Shown in pieces: positions 26,178-36,616 of a stretch of DNA of 64,000 bases. Source of the DNA: Minisyncoccota bacterium (GTDB lineage Bacteria; Patescibacteriota; Minisyncoccia; Phycocordibacterales; Phycocordibacteraceae). Position 1 is the stretch's first letter. Each line of letters starts with the position of its first letter. The position numbers were made by a program, and so were the translations under genes. The notes under the pieces are model-generated. The model was not told the DNA's origin. It searched no databases and was given only the letters and a program-made list of their open reading frames with translations. Location of the stretch: NCBI GenBank assembly GCA_022842945.1, contig JALHOO010000001.1, forward strand, positions 221,830-285,829, in the 5' to 3' direction.

Positions 26178-27428
26178 CTATTTCAATACAAGGATCACGA
26201 TATCCCTTTTGCCCTTCTTTAGCATGGCGAGGCCGTTCGCAAAGTCTCCCTCTGCAAGCTTCTGCTCACCTGAATCGACACATACACCGTTTACGCTTAT
26301 ACCCTTTCCTTCTATAAGGCGTCGCGCATCGCCCTTGGAGGACGCGAGAGAGCTTGTGGCGAGGACGTCGAGAACGGTAATGCCGGCTGAGAGGTCACGC
26401 TTCAGAACGGGCAGTATAGGCACTTCCTTAAGCACAAGTTCCCTTGCTTCCTTATCAAGCTCAGAGAGCGCTGTGTCGCCAAACAGGGCGCTTGAGGCGC
26501 CTGCTGCAGCACTAGCTGCGCGCTCTCCGTGCACAAGCGCCGTTACGCTCTCGGCTAAGGTCTTCTGCGCCTTGCGCACTCCCGGGTTCTCCTGGTGCCA
26601 GGAAAGGAGTGTATCAATCTCCTCAACGGGTATGAAGGTGTACATCTTGAGATAGCTGCCAACCATGCTGTCCGGCTGGTTGAGCCAGAACTGGTAGAAG
26701 GCGAAAGGAGAGGTCTTTGAGGCATCAAGCCAGATAGCGTTCCCTTCTGATTTGCCGAACTTCTTTCCGGTTGCGTCCGTAACGAGAGGAGTGGTAAGCG
26801 CGAATGCTTCTTTGCCGAGCTTGCGGCGCACGAGCTCAACCCCCGAAAGAATATTCGTCCACTGGTCAGAGGCACCAATCTGCAGGTCTACTCCCTTCTC
26901 CTTGTTCAGGATCATGTAGTCATAGCCCTGGAGAAGCGAGTATGCGAACTCGGTGTACGAAATACTGTCGTCCGGATTCTCAAGACGGCGGCGAATGATA
27001 TCGCGCTTTATGAGCTCGTTAACGGTGAAGTGCTTCCCGATGTCTCTGAGGAAGTCGATGAGTTTAACCTTAAGTAGCCAGTCCGCGTTATCAACCAATG
27101 TCACGTGCGTACCCACGATATTCTGCATCTGTTTCTTCAGTGCCTTCTTGTTCTTCTCGACAATCTTGGTGTCTGCGAGAACGCGCTCTCCGCTATCGCG
27201 CGGGTCCCCGATCATACCGGTGCCGCCCCCAACAAGAAGCACAATCTTGTGTCCGGCATCAGCCAAGCGCTTAAGCAAAAGCACTACCAGCAGGTTCCCC
27301 GCATGCATAGAGTCCGCAGACGGATCAACACCGAGGTATACGGTGCGCTTCTTCTCGAGGATGGTCTCAATGGGTGCTGAGGCGTGCTCAACAAGTCCGC
27401 GTGCTTTCAATTCTTCAGCGAGGTTCAT
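26178..27428 (-). CDS. tyrS: tyrosyl-tRNA synthetase
   Basis: HIGH-like SMHAGNL motif, KMSKS-like KFGKS and a C-terminal S4-like domain. Confidence 0.85.
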   Translation of the reverse strand: MNLAEELKARGLVEHASAPIETILEKKRTVYLGVDPSADSMHAGNLLVVLLLKRLADAGHKIVLLVGGGTGMIGDPRDSGERVLADTKIVEKNKKALKKQMQNIVGTHVTLVDNADWLLKVKLIDFLRDIGKHFTVNELIKRDIIRRRLENPDDSISYTEFAYSLLQGYDYMILNKEKGVDLQIGASDQWTNILSGVELVRRKLGKEAFALTTPLVTDATGKKFGKSEGNAIWLDASKTSPFAFYQFWLNQPDSMVGSYLKMYTFIPVEEIDTLLSWHQENPGVRKAQKTLAESVTALVHGERAASAAAGASSALFGDTALSELDKEARELVLKEVPILPVLKRDLSAGITVLDVLATSSLASSKGDARRLIEGKGISVNGVCVDSGEQKLAEGDFANGLAMLKKGKRDIVILVLK

Positions 27429-27450
27429 GCGTACGAGTATAACAGAATAG

Positions 27451-28083
27451 CTACCCTAAATGGGCGTGGTCGTTCCAGGTCAGAAGCCTCCAAGGCTTTC
27501 TGTTGGTCGGATCAAACTGCAGAACAGTTAGGCCGGTGTTGCTGGCAATAAATGCTTCGAGGATATGGCCGCAGTCTTTGCCCGTTAGTTGCTCTCCAAA
27601 GACTACCTGCGCCACGATATTTCGGAGAAAGACTCCGTGCGTAACAACGAGTATCTTGTCTTTCGGATGGTTCTCTAAGAATGTGAGTGCACTCGCTGTA
27701 CGTACATTCAGATCGTCAAAGTTCTCCTCGTCTGAGAATCGCATTCCGGGAATGCTCGAGCTCTGCATGATTGCTTCTTCTGCCGCCCTCACGAGAGGAT
27801 CGTCCTTTGGTCTATCAATCTGCTCGGTTGGTCTGCGCCGCTCAACGAAGAGCTCAGAAGACTCAACAGGAAGACCGATTCTGTCCGAGATTATCTCTGC
27901 GGTCTGCTGAGCACGAATCATGGTGCTCGCCAGAAGTGCCTCGGGTTTCAGTCGTGCGGCGCGCTCTGCCATCTGTGCGGCTTGCGCACGACCAAGTTCA
28001 GTTAGCGGCGTGAATTCGTTCTGATAGTGCGTGCCTGCATTTCCCTCGCTTTCGCCATGGCGTACGAGGTAAATCTCTTTCAT
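27451..28083 (-). CDS. histidine phosphatase (phosphoglycerate mutase-like) family protein
   Basis: RHGESEGN catalytic motif at the N-terminus. Confidence 0.7.
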   Translation of the reverse strand: MKEIYLVRHGESEGNAGTHYQNEFTPLTELGRAQAAQMAERAARLKPEALLASTMIRAQQTAEIISDRIGLPVESSELFVERRRPTEQIDRPKDDPLVRAAEEAIMQSSSIPGMRFSDEENFDDLNVRTASALTFLENHPKDKILVVTHGVFLRNIVAQVVFGEQLTGKDCGHILEAFIASNTGLTVLQFDPTNRKPWRLLTWNDHAHLG

Positions 28084-28086
28084 ACT

Positions 28087-29715
28087 CTAGACCGGAAGCT
28101 CAACGACAAACCGAGAGCCCTTTCCTTCTCCCTCAGACTCTGCCCATACCTTTCCGCCATGTGCCTCAATGATGTTCTTAACGATGTAGAGACCGAAGCC
28201 GGTGGACTCAACGTTAATCTTGGTTGAGTTTGCTCCGTGTCCGCCCTCTGTAAAGAGGTGGTCCATATCCTCTTTGGTGATGCCTACGCCTGTGTCTTCT
28301 ACCGTAAAGCGTACAGTCTTTCCTTCCTGTACAAGCTTCACGCGCACCTCTCCCTTCGGTGTGTACTTTATGGAGTTATCGATAAGGTTCTTGAACGCAT
28401 TCACCAGCTGACCCTTATCTCCCGGATACATGAGAGGCGCTGAGCCTGTATCAACGGAAAGCGTAAGATTCTTGGTCTCTGCGACTGGCTTCAGATCCGC
28501 CACCGTTTCATCTACCAGTAACTTCAAATCAAACGGTTCTTTGTTGTACGTAACCTTGCCACTCTTAATGTTTGCGGCATTAAGGATTTCTTGAATGGTG
28601 TTCACCCCCTTCGTGTCTGATTTGAACCCTTCCTCAACCATAGGCTTCATAGCTTCTGGTACTGGACCGAAATCCCCTTCTCGCATCATTGAGAAGATAT
28701 TTCGCGACTTAGTTACAAAGCCCTTAATCTGGTGCGTAATGAAGTGGATAAGCGTAACCTGCTGCTTGTTTGCTTTCTCAAGATCAGAGGCAAGTTTTTG
28801 AATACGTTCGCGTTGCTCAACTTCACGCCGTACGCCCTTGATGAGGAAATAGCCAATGATGCTGAAGAGTACCAGGTTAACAATGATAATCAGACGCATA
28901 TTCTCAACGGACCGTACAAAGAGTTGGAAGAACGTAAGGAGCCAAAGTGAGATAACTAATGCCTGCGCTCCCAGAATCTTTACATTAAAGGTTCTGAATC
29001 TGATTGTCGTATACGCTAGGAACGCGATAAATATAGGCATGCCAATCAAGCCTATCTGTGCAAGTTCCCAATCCTCGGTAAGGCTACCGATAATATTTCC
29101 GGAAGAGAACGCGATCAAGAAAATGATGATGCCTGTAGTAAAGAGCTTAATCGGCGCTCTATGCCCCGGTGTTCTTGCAGCCTCTCGAAATGCAACAAAC
29201 AGAATAGACAGTGCAATAAGTATTTGAACCGCGTAACTGTAGAAAATGATAAACGGAGCTTCAAGTGCATTGCAGTAAGCGATGTCTATACCCTGAAGAG
29301 CGTAACTGGTAGGTATAACCGCGACAATGGGTAGAATAATTAACGCGAGAATTGATATGAGTACTGGGTGTGGGTCCTTATTTGCTATGAACGTATACGA
29401 CAGGCAAAACGCAGATGCGTAAAAGAGTGCCTCGAGAAGAATCTGGATATTCCAAAGGAAAAGGACCAAATCAGGTCTGTTCGAAGCCCAAAGCAACGTA
29501 TCGATAACCGTCCATATCGAGAAAAGAAAGATAGTAACAAACAGCCAGCGTACCGTGCTGTTCTCTCGTATGCGTCCAATAAGGGCAAGGGCAAATACAA
29601 CTGCCGCTAGAATCGCAACCAGATGCGAATAATAGTGGAGTGAAGGGATGTTGGATGAGAAGAGGAAGTACAGCGGCGCCTCCCAGGGACAAAGTAAATC
29701 CATAGTCTCAAGCAT
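28087..29715 (-). CDS. membrane sensor histidine kinase
   Basis: About 8 N-terminal TM helices, HisKA-like region and an HATPase_c G2 box (STGFGLYIVKNIIEAHGG). Confidence 0.7.
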   Translation of the reverse strand: MLETMDLLCPWEAPLYFLFSSNIPSLHYYSHLVAILAAVVFALALIGRIRENSTVRWLFVTIFLFSIWTVIDTLLWASNRPDLVLFLWNIQILLEALFYASAFCLSYTFIANKDPHPVLISILALIILPIVAVIPTSYALQGIDIAYCNALEAPFIIFYSYAVQILIALSILFVAFREAARTPGHRAPIKLFTTGIIIFLIAFSSGNIIGSLTEDWELAQIGLIGMPIFIAFLAYTTIRFRTFNVKILGAQALVISLWLLTFFQLFVRSVENMRLIIIVNLVLFSIIGYFLIKGVRREVEQRERIQKLASDLEKANKQQVTLIHFITHQIKGFVTKSRNIFSMMREGDFGPVPEAMKPMVEEGFKSDTKGVNTIQEILNAANIKSGKVTYNKEPFDLKLLVDETVADLKPVAETKNLTLSVDTGSAPLMYPGDKGQLVNAFKNLIDNSIKYTPKGEVRVKLVQEGKTVRFTVEDTGVGITKEDMDHLFTEGGHGANSTKINVESTGFGLYIVKNIIEAHGGKVWAESEGEGKGSRFVVELPV

Positions 29716-29718
29716 ACC

Positions 29719-30564
29719 TTATAGTTTCCGCACCTGTGCGTTAAAGTTACGGAAACCTCCCCCGAAGTCGTATTTGATTAATACTTCTATGGTGTTCCCC
29801 TTCTGCACTTCAACGTCTTTCTCAAGCGGTAGTACAACGGGAGCGTTTAGTGCGGCCGTATCGCCTACCGTCGTTTGCTCATCAAGAACCGTCTCGCTCG
29901 TTATATAGACACTATTAACCGTACCCGACTCCTGAGCCTCGAAAGTCATCGTGGAATCGAATGAGAGAGGATTGACGGTGTGAAATGAGATTGAATTGAG
30001 CAGCTCTGTCTTTGTAAGGAGGCTCATATCAATGGTGCAGTGAGGCTCCCACACATGCCGTACCATGCGCATCATCAATCCGTAATTACTAAAATCAGCC
30101 TGTGCAAGGGCTATGAAGGTGTCCTGGCGCTGTGGAATGAAGCGAGTCTCGCTGGTAACGTAACCCTTCTTATGGAGGTTGTTCATTGTCCACACCTGGT
30201 ACTCATCAATCATGCCCGTAGTCAGCATTTCCATGATCACTACGTCAAACACAGTGTCCTTTGAAAAATTAACGTTCCGTACATCGCCGACAACGATATC
30301 GACAATATCGGAGAATCCGTTCTCTGCGACGTTCTGAGCTGCTAGTTTTGCGATGTACGGATCATATTCAACGGCATACACCTTCTTTGCACCTGCTCTC
30401 GCTGCCATAAGAGCCAATATGCCTGAGCCCGTACCTGAATCAAGCACCACATCTCCCGGTTTTACAATGCGCCCGATCACCTCTTCAAACTTCGCAGTCC
30501 TCTTCTTATCTGTCAGACACTGCGTTACAAGATCTATGGAACTAAAAGCCTCATCCATGTCCAT
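29719..30564 (-). CDS. class I SAM-dependent methyltransferase (PRMT/PrmA-like)
   Basis: Motif I VLDSGTGSGILALMAA and motif post-I (VYAVEYD). Confidence 0.6.
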   Translation of the reverse strand: MDMDEAFSSIDLVTQCLTDKKRTAKFEEVIGRIVKPGDVVLDSGTGSGILALMAARAGAKKVYAVEYDPYIAKLAAQNVAENGFSDIVDIVVGDVRNVNFSKDTVFDVVIMEMLTTGMIDEYQVWTMNNLHKKGYVTSETRFIPQRQDTFIALAQADFSNYGLMMRMVRHVWEPHCTIDMSLLTKTELLNSISFHTVNPLSFDSTMTFEAQESGTVNSVYITSETVLDEQTTVGDTAALNAPVVLPLEKDVEVQKGNTIEVLIKYDFGGGFRNFNAQVRKL

Positions 30565-30661
30565 ACAAATTTTTATTAGTTTCCAAAATCTTAATCAACT
30601 CGAGTATACGTACGTATTCTTGTTCCAAATAGTACCACAATATGTGTTCTAGTTAACGGAA

Positions 30662-31738
30662 TTACAAGTAGGACTGAAGCGTGCCCTCACGGCGTACGTC
30701 CAGGGTGGCGCAATGTACTGAGCCGCCGAACGGATAGAAATTCCTAAACGGAATTGGAATTGGTTCGAATCCCCAACTCTTAAGAGCGTCGATAAGCGGC
30801 TGCTCCTGCTCCTCAACGATTATCCTTTTCTCATCGATACTCAACGTATTGATCGTAAGCCAGTCGCTAGAGAAATAGAGTGCCTTGTCTTCTGATTTTG
30901 TGGGTTCTGGTGCAATGAGCACGTCCCAAGAATCAAAGAAAGGCGGAAGCTTCTTAACCCACTCAGGATTAATAAGAATCTTTCCAGGGGCAAGCGGAAC
31001 AATGGTGGTGTCAATGTGCATCGGATGCATATCTCCGAAGTCAACCTCGTGGATCGTGAATTCCGAACCAACGTGACGTCGCACCCACTCAATGCCCTTT
31101 TCGTTCGTAACATTGCTCTTCTGTACGAACACGTCCTTTCCACAGCGGATAAAATCCGCTGCATCAAACGCAATCTCGTTCTCCGTGATTACGAAGCGTT
31201 TCTTCCCGTCCTTCATCGGTTCATTTCGGTCGTAGGTCTCATCGTAAAAACCTTCGGCCATTGTGGACTTTGGAGCCACAAGCCAACGGCCTCCCTTGTC
31301 GAAGTACTCGTTCATGAGCGGTCGATAGGCAAGATGCTCAAAATAACGTGTTCTCCACGCCATAGGCGCTTCGATTATGGTGTCGCCAAAAACCATGAAC
31401 ACGTCACGTGGCATTGCAGCGTACAGACCGCGGCTCTTCCACCATGGGGTCTGAAACTCCTTCGAGAAATCCATAGAGTCTGGCCGTCTCACTGTTACGC
31501 CAAGCTCGGTTAGCACTTTAACCAATCCATCAAGCTCTACAGTAGCCTTCTCAATCATTTCGTCCGGAAACGGCTTCCCTCCGTACTCTCTGAAAAACCA
31601 CTCTGCATGTTCAGGAGTTATGGCCTTTACCGCTTCATCAAATACAGGAACTATCGCTCCCTCAACTGAGCCAACAATTACCTCCTTCAGCGGATCCCAT
31701 TCGTTACAAGACCAAACCGGGCGCGAGAGTTCTTTCAT
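30662..31738 (-). CDS. amidinotransferase family protein (GATM/StrB1-like)
   Basis: C-terminal GGSVHCATLDVRREG, the conserved active-site Cys region of amidinotransferases. Confidence 0.6.
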   Translation of the reverse strand: MKELSRPVWSCNEWDPLKEVIVGSVEGAIVPVFDEAVKAITPEHAEWFFREYGGKPFPDEMIEKATVELDGLVKVLTELGVTVRRPDSMDFSKEFQTPWWKSRGLYAAMPRDVFMVFGDTIIEAPMAWRTRYFEHLAYRPLMNEYFDKGGRWLVAPKSTMAEGFYDETYDRNEPMKDGKKRFVITENEIAFDAADFIRCGKDVFVQKSNVTNEKGIEWVRRHVGSEFTIHEVDFGDMHPMHIDTTIVPLAPGKILINPEWVKKLPPFFDSWDVLIAPEPTKSEDKALYFSSDWLTINTLSIDEKRIIVEEQEQPLIDALKSWGFEPIPIPFRNFYPFGGSVHCATLDVRREGTLQSYL

Positions 31739-31747
31739 AACAGTAGA

Positions 31748-31945
31748 TTAAGGTTGTTCCTCTGGCTCAACAGAATCTTCCTGATCATCGCTCTCAGGAT
31801 CGAGCTCTTCAGCTTCAAGCTCGATTACCTCTTCCTCTGAATTAATTATTTCAAAGTCGCGCGTTACAAACGAACGCTGATACGTGAAATAGATAGAAGC
31901 ACATATTGCCAAGAACAAGCCAACGTAGATAAAAGTTGATTTCAT
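31748..31945 (-). CDS. small membrane protein with acidic C-terminal tail
   Basis: One TM helix (FIYVGLFLAICASIYF) followed by E/D-rich tail. Confidence 0.35.
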   Translation of the reverse strand: MKSTFIYVGLFLAICASIYFTYQRSFVTRDFEIINSEEEVIELEAEELDPESDDQEDSVEPEEQP

Positions 31946-32007
31946 TGTATAGCTACTCTAGTCCCCTTACTATACCACGCTTGATAAAAAGAGAACCCCT
32001 CCGCACA

Positions 32008-32634
32008 CTAGGTACGAAGGGGTCGAATGACCGCCAAGGCGAATACCGCAACCAGGCTGTGGGTAAGAAGGCCCACGACCGGATATGCAACTTCCTCAAT
32101 GGTGTCAAAGGTAAAGGCTGACGAAGTCAGGAACAGCACAAAGGCAGTGGTCCATAGGATCCACGGCATGAGATGCTCTCGCTCCCTTCCAGTCAGCAGT
32201 GCCCGGTACATCGGAATGAAGGCCACAACGGCAGTTGCCTGGAGCGCAAGGTTTGCTACCGCGGGCGGAGCAAGCTCGTGCGAGCCGAAGCTTAGCGACG
32301 CGGCGCTTGCCTCGTGCCATGACCAGACTCCGATGATGACAATGTCGACGAGCACAACGCACCAGTCGAACCTGTCGGGCCATGAGAAGCGCTTACGGAT
32401 GAATCCAATCACGAACGTAAGGATACTTCCGATAGCAAACGCGGCAGGCACAATCGATTTCCACCAGTCCTCGGTCATGTCGAAATATGACGCAAGGTCG
32501 AGAGAGTCACCGAAAGCCAGGATAATCCAAGTGCCCGTGCTTATCTTTTCTTCTTTAAGGTTGTATGCCGCAAAGGCGACAAGAACAACCAGGCCGGCTG
32601 CAATGTTGCAGCCGATCGCGATCTGTTCGGGCAT
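32008..32634 (-). CDS. polytopic membrane protein, function unknown
   Basis: 208-aa ORF with 5-6 predicted TM helices. Confidence 0.45.
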   Translation of the reverse strand: MPEQIAIGCNIAAGLVVLVAFAAYNLKEEKISTGTWIILAFGDSLDLASYFDMTEDWWKSIVPAAFAIGSILTFVIGFIRKRFSWPDRFDWCVVLVDIVIIGVWSWHEASAASLSFGSHELAPPAVANLALQATAVVAFIPMYRALLTGREREHLMPWILWTTAFVLFLTSSAFTFDTIEEVAYPVVGLLTHSLVAVFALAVIRPLRT

Positions 32635-32722
32635 GTCGCCCTCCCTGTAAGGTCCACGTAGCGGCCAATCCCGTTACATTACTACTATAGCACAGAACTA
32701 TATAAATTGCAAGTATGCGGGG

Positions 32723-34186
32723 CTAATCTCTAGGGCGCATCAACGGGAACAACTGCGCTTCTCGTACATCCTTGTTCGCAAGAAAACTGAAAAGTCTCTC
32801 TGAAAGTCCAAATCCAAACGCTGGCGGCATGCCGTACTCAAGTGCCTCAACGAAGTCCATATCAGCCATCTGCGCTTCGTCGTCTCCCGCATCGCGAAGT
32901 GCTTGCTGCTTCATGAATCGTTCCTTCTGATCTATGGGATTGTTGAGCTCTGAGAAGCCTTTGCCCATTTCGCTTCCGGCAAGAATAATCTGGAAGCGCT
33001 CAACAACCTTGTCGTTCTTCTCGCTCTTCTTTGCAAGTGGCTCAAGATAGACCGGTACACCAATAAGGAAACCAGGACCTGAGATAGTCTTTCGTACTTT
33101 CTTCCAGAGGAGATCAACACCACGTTCGATGCTCATGGTCTCTCCTTCTTTCTCAATACCTGCCTTTTGAAGAGCACTCTTAACCTCTTCAAGAGACGCG
33201 GTTAATGGATCAAGACCATACTCATTCTTAAGCACCTCACAGAAATCATACGTAACCCACTCGTCTGCAAGATTAACGGTGTGCTCGCCTATGGTGAACT
33301 CAAGAGTACCGAAAGTCTCCTGTGCGATGGTGCGGTACATATCCGTAACCATGCGCATACCCTCCTCATAGTCTGAGTAGGCCTGGTAGAACTCAAGCTG
33401 CGTGTAGTCCTGAAGGTGTTCGCGGGACATGCCTTCGTTTCGGAATATACGTCCAATCTCAAACGTCTTTGGAAGTCCGCCAACGAGAAGCATCTTCTGC
33501 CAGAGCTCTCCTGCTGAGATACGCAGGAACACATCAATATCAAGTGCGTTGTGGTGCGTAACAAAAGGACGTGCTTCTGCGCCTCCGGTGGTGTTCTCAA
33601 GCACAGGAGTCTCAACCTCAACAAAGTCACGCGCAAGTAAGTACGTGCGTAGCGAGTTCCAGAAGATTGAACGCTTCTTTGCATTCTCCAACACCTCCTT
33701 GTTGAGGAGCATATCAAGATACCTACGGCGGAACCGCTCGTCCTCGTCAGCAAGTCCGTACCATTCGTCAGGAATAGGACGCAGGGTCTTTGCAAGCATC
33801 TGCCAGCTCGACACCATAAGGCTCTCCTGCCCGCTCTTGGTGCGTATAGGTGTACCTGCCGCTTCGATGAAGTCTCCAGTGTCAACCGTATCAATGAAGA
33901 GCTCAAACATCTCTGCTCCAATCTCATCCTTCTTCAGGAACAACTGCATGCGCCCCGTACCGTCTTCAATATCAACGAATGAAGAGCCGCCATGGGTACG
34001 CATTGCGCGAACACGTCCGTTTATAACCAGACTTCCACCCTCTGTCTCTAGTACCGAAAAGCCGCCCAGAACCTGCCCAATCTCGTGGGTCCTGTTGGTG
34101 CGGTTCGGATAGGGATTTATACCCCTCTCCTCAAGGAGTGCGAGCTTCCGAAGACGCTCTGCACGAATTTCATCTAGTGCTGACAT
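32723..34186 (-). CDS. lysS: lysyl-tRNA synthetase (class II)
   Basis: N-terminal OB fold; class II motifs 2 and 3 (FRNEG..., GGxGxGxxRL-like GFGLSERLF). Confidence 0.85.
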   Translation of the reverse strand: MSALDEIRAERLRKLALLEERGINPYPNRTNRTHEIGQVLGGFSVLETEGGSLVINGRVRAMRTHGGSSFVDIEDGTGRMQLFLKKDEIGAEMFELFIDTVDTGDFIEAAGTPIRTKSGQESLMVSSWQMLAKTLRPIPDEWYGLADEDERFRRRYLDMLLNKEVLENAKKRSIFWNSLRTYLLARDFVEVETPVLENTTGGAEARPFVTHHNALDIDVFLRISAGELWQKMLLVGGLPKTFEIGRIFRNEGMSREHLQDYTQLEFYQAYSDYEEGMRMVTDMYRTIAQETFGTLEFTIGEHTVNLADEWVTYDFCEVLKNEYGLDPLTASLEEVKSALQKAGIEKEGETMSIERGVDLLWKKVRKTISGPGFLIGVPVYLEPLAKKSEKNDKVVERFQIILAGSEMGKGFSELNNPIDQKERFMKQQALRDAGDDEAQMADMDFVEALEYGMPPAFGFGLSERLFSFLANKDVREAQLFPLMRPRD

Positions 34187-34210
34187 GATGTGAATATCGT
34201 ATCACGGAGA

Positions 34211-36010
34211 TTAGGTACCGTTGCTGTCGTCCAGGAACCCGCCCGCCTGTATGCTCCACAGCTTCTGGTACAATCCGCCCTTGTTCGCCACAAGCTCGTC
34301 ATGGGTACCCTCAGCCGCAATCTTCCCGCCCTCAATAACCACAATACGATCCATAGTCATGATGGTCGAGAGGCGGTGTGCGATAACAATAACCGTCTTG
34401 CCTTCCATGAGTACGCGAAGCGCATCCTGAATCAAGGCCTCTGATTCCGAATCAAGGGCAGACGTTGCTTCGTCGAGAATGAGTATCGGCGCGTTCTTAA
34501 GAATGGCACGCGCAATAGCGACGCGCTGGCGCTCGCCTCCAGACAGCTTTACGCCCCGCTCCCCTACATGCGTCTCGTATCCTTCAGAAAGACCTTCTAT
34601 AAATTCATGGCAGTGTGCCTTCTTTGCGGCCTCTATAACCTCCTCGTCCGTCGCGTCAGGACGTCCGTAGCGGATATTGTCGCGCAGAGAGCGATGGAAG
34701 AGCATCGGCTCTTGCGGAACAAAGGAGATAGTATCGCGCAGGCTCTCCTGCGTAACCTCAGCGATACTCTGTCCGTCTACGCGAATGCTTCCTTCCGTTA
34801 CGTCATACATGCGTAGAAGGAGCTTCGTAACGGTAGACTTGCCGGCTCCAGAAGGCCCTACAAGCGCAATCTTTTCTCCCGCAGCAACTCGGAGATTGAA
34901 GTCCTCAAGCACTACACGCTCATTACCGAAACCGAATGAGACATCTTTGAGTGCAATCTCGCCCTTTCCTATGATTAAGGGCACCGCTCCCTCAGCATCA
35001 GTAACAGAGTACGGAGTCTCAAATATCTCTATCATCTCCTGCACATCAGCGAGTGCACTGAACAATCTTCTGATGCTGTTTCCGATATAGGAAATGCGTT
35101 CAATAAGGCCAATAACGTATATCTGGATGAGCACAAAGTCTCCCACCGTGAGCAGTCCCTGTTGCCACAGCATAAGCGCGCCAAACAGAAGACCTACTTC
35201 GATAATGACCGCAAAGAATCCCTGGATGCCCCAGATCCACCAGTCAGCTATATGTGTCCTCATAGCGGCTCGATACCAGTTACCGAGAGCCGCGCCGAGC
35301 ATGGTACGCTCGTGATTGCTTGCCGCAAACTGACTAACCGTTGATTGGTTGCTTATAGAGTCAGATAACACGCCAGTAAGGCCACTTTCCGCCTCTGCGC
35401 GAGCGACACGCAAAGGGTGCCTGTACTTTGCAACAAGTACTTGAATATAGATAAACAACGCCGCCCAGATAGCTATTACAATGCCGAGCATTGGACTGCG
35501 TTGCCAGAGAACGAAGATGGCACCTCCAAAGAATATGGCGGTTGAAAAGAAATCGAAGACCGCCGTTTCCAGGATCGAATCAAATGATTGCGCGTAACGG
35601 CTAACGCGTCTTTGCAGGGTACCTGCAAAGTTAGAAGTAAAAAACTGATGGGAATGCTTGATGAGATACGAGAACGCCTTGTCGTATAGGTCAACAATCA
35701 CTTTAGATTCCAAGTAGACAAGCGAAAGTATTTGAGTTCGGCCGACAATCCATCTCAGAACAAGCACTAGTGCATACATGGCCAGGATGCTTGTAAGAGC
35801 CGTTGTGGTAGCTCCTGCAGCATCGCTTGAGATGAGATTAATGAAATCCTTTATGAAGAGCGGCGCAATAACGCTGGCTATAGAAAAGAGAAAGCTCGAA
35901 GTAAGAAGTACAGAAAGGAGCCACGGATACTTCTTCGCCGCTTTGAAATAGTCCCGTATAACCGGGATAGACCGTCTTGGTCTCTTTGTGGTTTCTATAG
36001 GAGGCGTCAT
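34211..36010 (-). CDS. ABC transporter, fused permease/ATP-binding exporter (MsbA-like)
   Basis: 6-TM domain; Walker A GPSGAGKST; ABC signature LSGGERQRVAIARA; Walker B ILILDEATS. Confidence 0.8.
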   Translation of the reverse strand: MTPPIETTKRPRRSIPVIRDYFKAAKKYPWLLSVLLTSSFLFSIASVIAPLFIKDFINLISSDAAGATTTALTSILAMYALVLVLRWIVGRTQILSLVYLESKVIVDLYDKAFSYLIKHSHQFFTSNFAGTLQRRVSRYAQSFDSILETAVFDFFSTAIFFGGAIFVLWQRSPMLGIVIAIWAALFIYIQVLVAKYRHPLRVARAEAESGLTGVLSDSISNQSTVSQFAASNHERTMLGAALGNWYRAAMRTHIADWWIWGIQGFFAVIIEVGLLFGALMLWQQGLLTVGDFVLIQIYVIGLIERISYIGNSIRRLFSALADVQEMIEIFETPYSVTDAEGAVPLIIGKGEIALKDVSFGFGNERVVLEDFNLRVAAGEKIALVGPSGAGKSTVTKLLLRMYDVTEGSIRVDGQSIAEVTQESLRDTISFVPQEPMLFHRSLRDNIRYGRPDATDEEVIEAAKKAHCHEFIEGLSEGYETHVGERGVKLSGGERQRVAIARAILKNAPILILDEATSALDSESEALIQDALRVLMEGKTVIVIAHRLSTIMTMDRIVVIEGGKIAAEGTHDELVANKGGLYQKLWSIQAGGFLDDSNGT

Positions 36011-36057
36011 AAGTTCGTGATTATACCACGAACTTCATAAAACTCCTTATGGTCTAG

Positions 36058-36564
36058 TTAGCGCGCTGTTACGTAGGTGCCGACAAGTGGCGCCAAAAAC
36101 CACCAGAAGAAATACTTGTCCGGCGCAAAGAGCGCATCCAGTGAAGGCGTAAGCGGGATAACTGCAGCAATGTTCAATACGTGATATCCAAGCGCAAGCA
36201 CGAACCCTCCCGTAACAAGAGCAAGAAGAGAGAGTGTTAGTGGGTTGATCTGCATGCGCGCGGTAGACGCAATACGCCGCAGAAGGATGTAGGGGAAGAA
36301 CGTAAACACTGCAAAGAGCGCGATGCCAGCAACCGCACGCACCAAAGGAGTGTCGCCTACGATAAACAGCTCTTTGTATGGGAATGCCGTAAAGAGAGCG
36401 AACCCTACATAGAGCGCAAGGATAAGCGAGACTAAAAGAGATCTCCCTGCCCGAAGCGCAAAGAAGAACAGGAGGGCTGCAATAACAAGGAGAACGAGGA
36501 AGTTCCCGAAGAAGCCTACGATGTCGCTAAAGCCCCCTGTTGCAAATGCGTTGAGTGAATCCAT
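36058..36564 (-). CDS. CvpA-like membrane protein
   Basis: 4 TM helices, about 168 aa, resembling the colicin V production family; weak call. Confidence 0.35.
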   Translation of the reverse strand: MDSLNAFATGGFSDIVGFFGNFLVLLVIAALLFFFALRAGRSLLVSLILALYVGFALFTAFPYKELFIVGDTPLVRAVAGIALFAVFTFFPYILLRRIASTARMQINPLTLSLLALVTGGFVLALGYHVLNIAAVIPLTPSLDALFAPDKYFFWWFLAPLVGTYVTAR

Positions 36565-36616
36565 AGCTATAGGATAGCAGACACTCGCACGTATGAACGG
36601 AGGGTGTTGTGACTTT

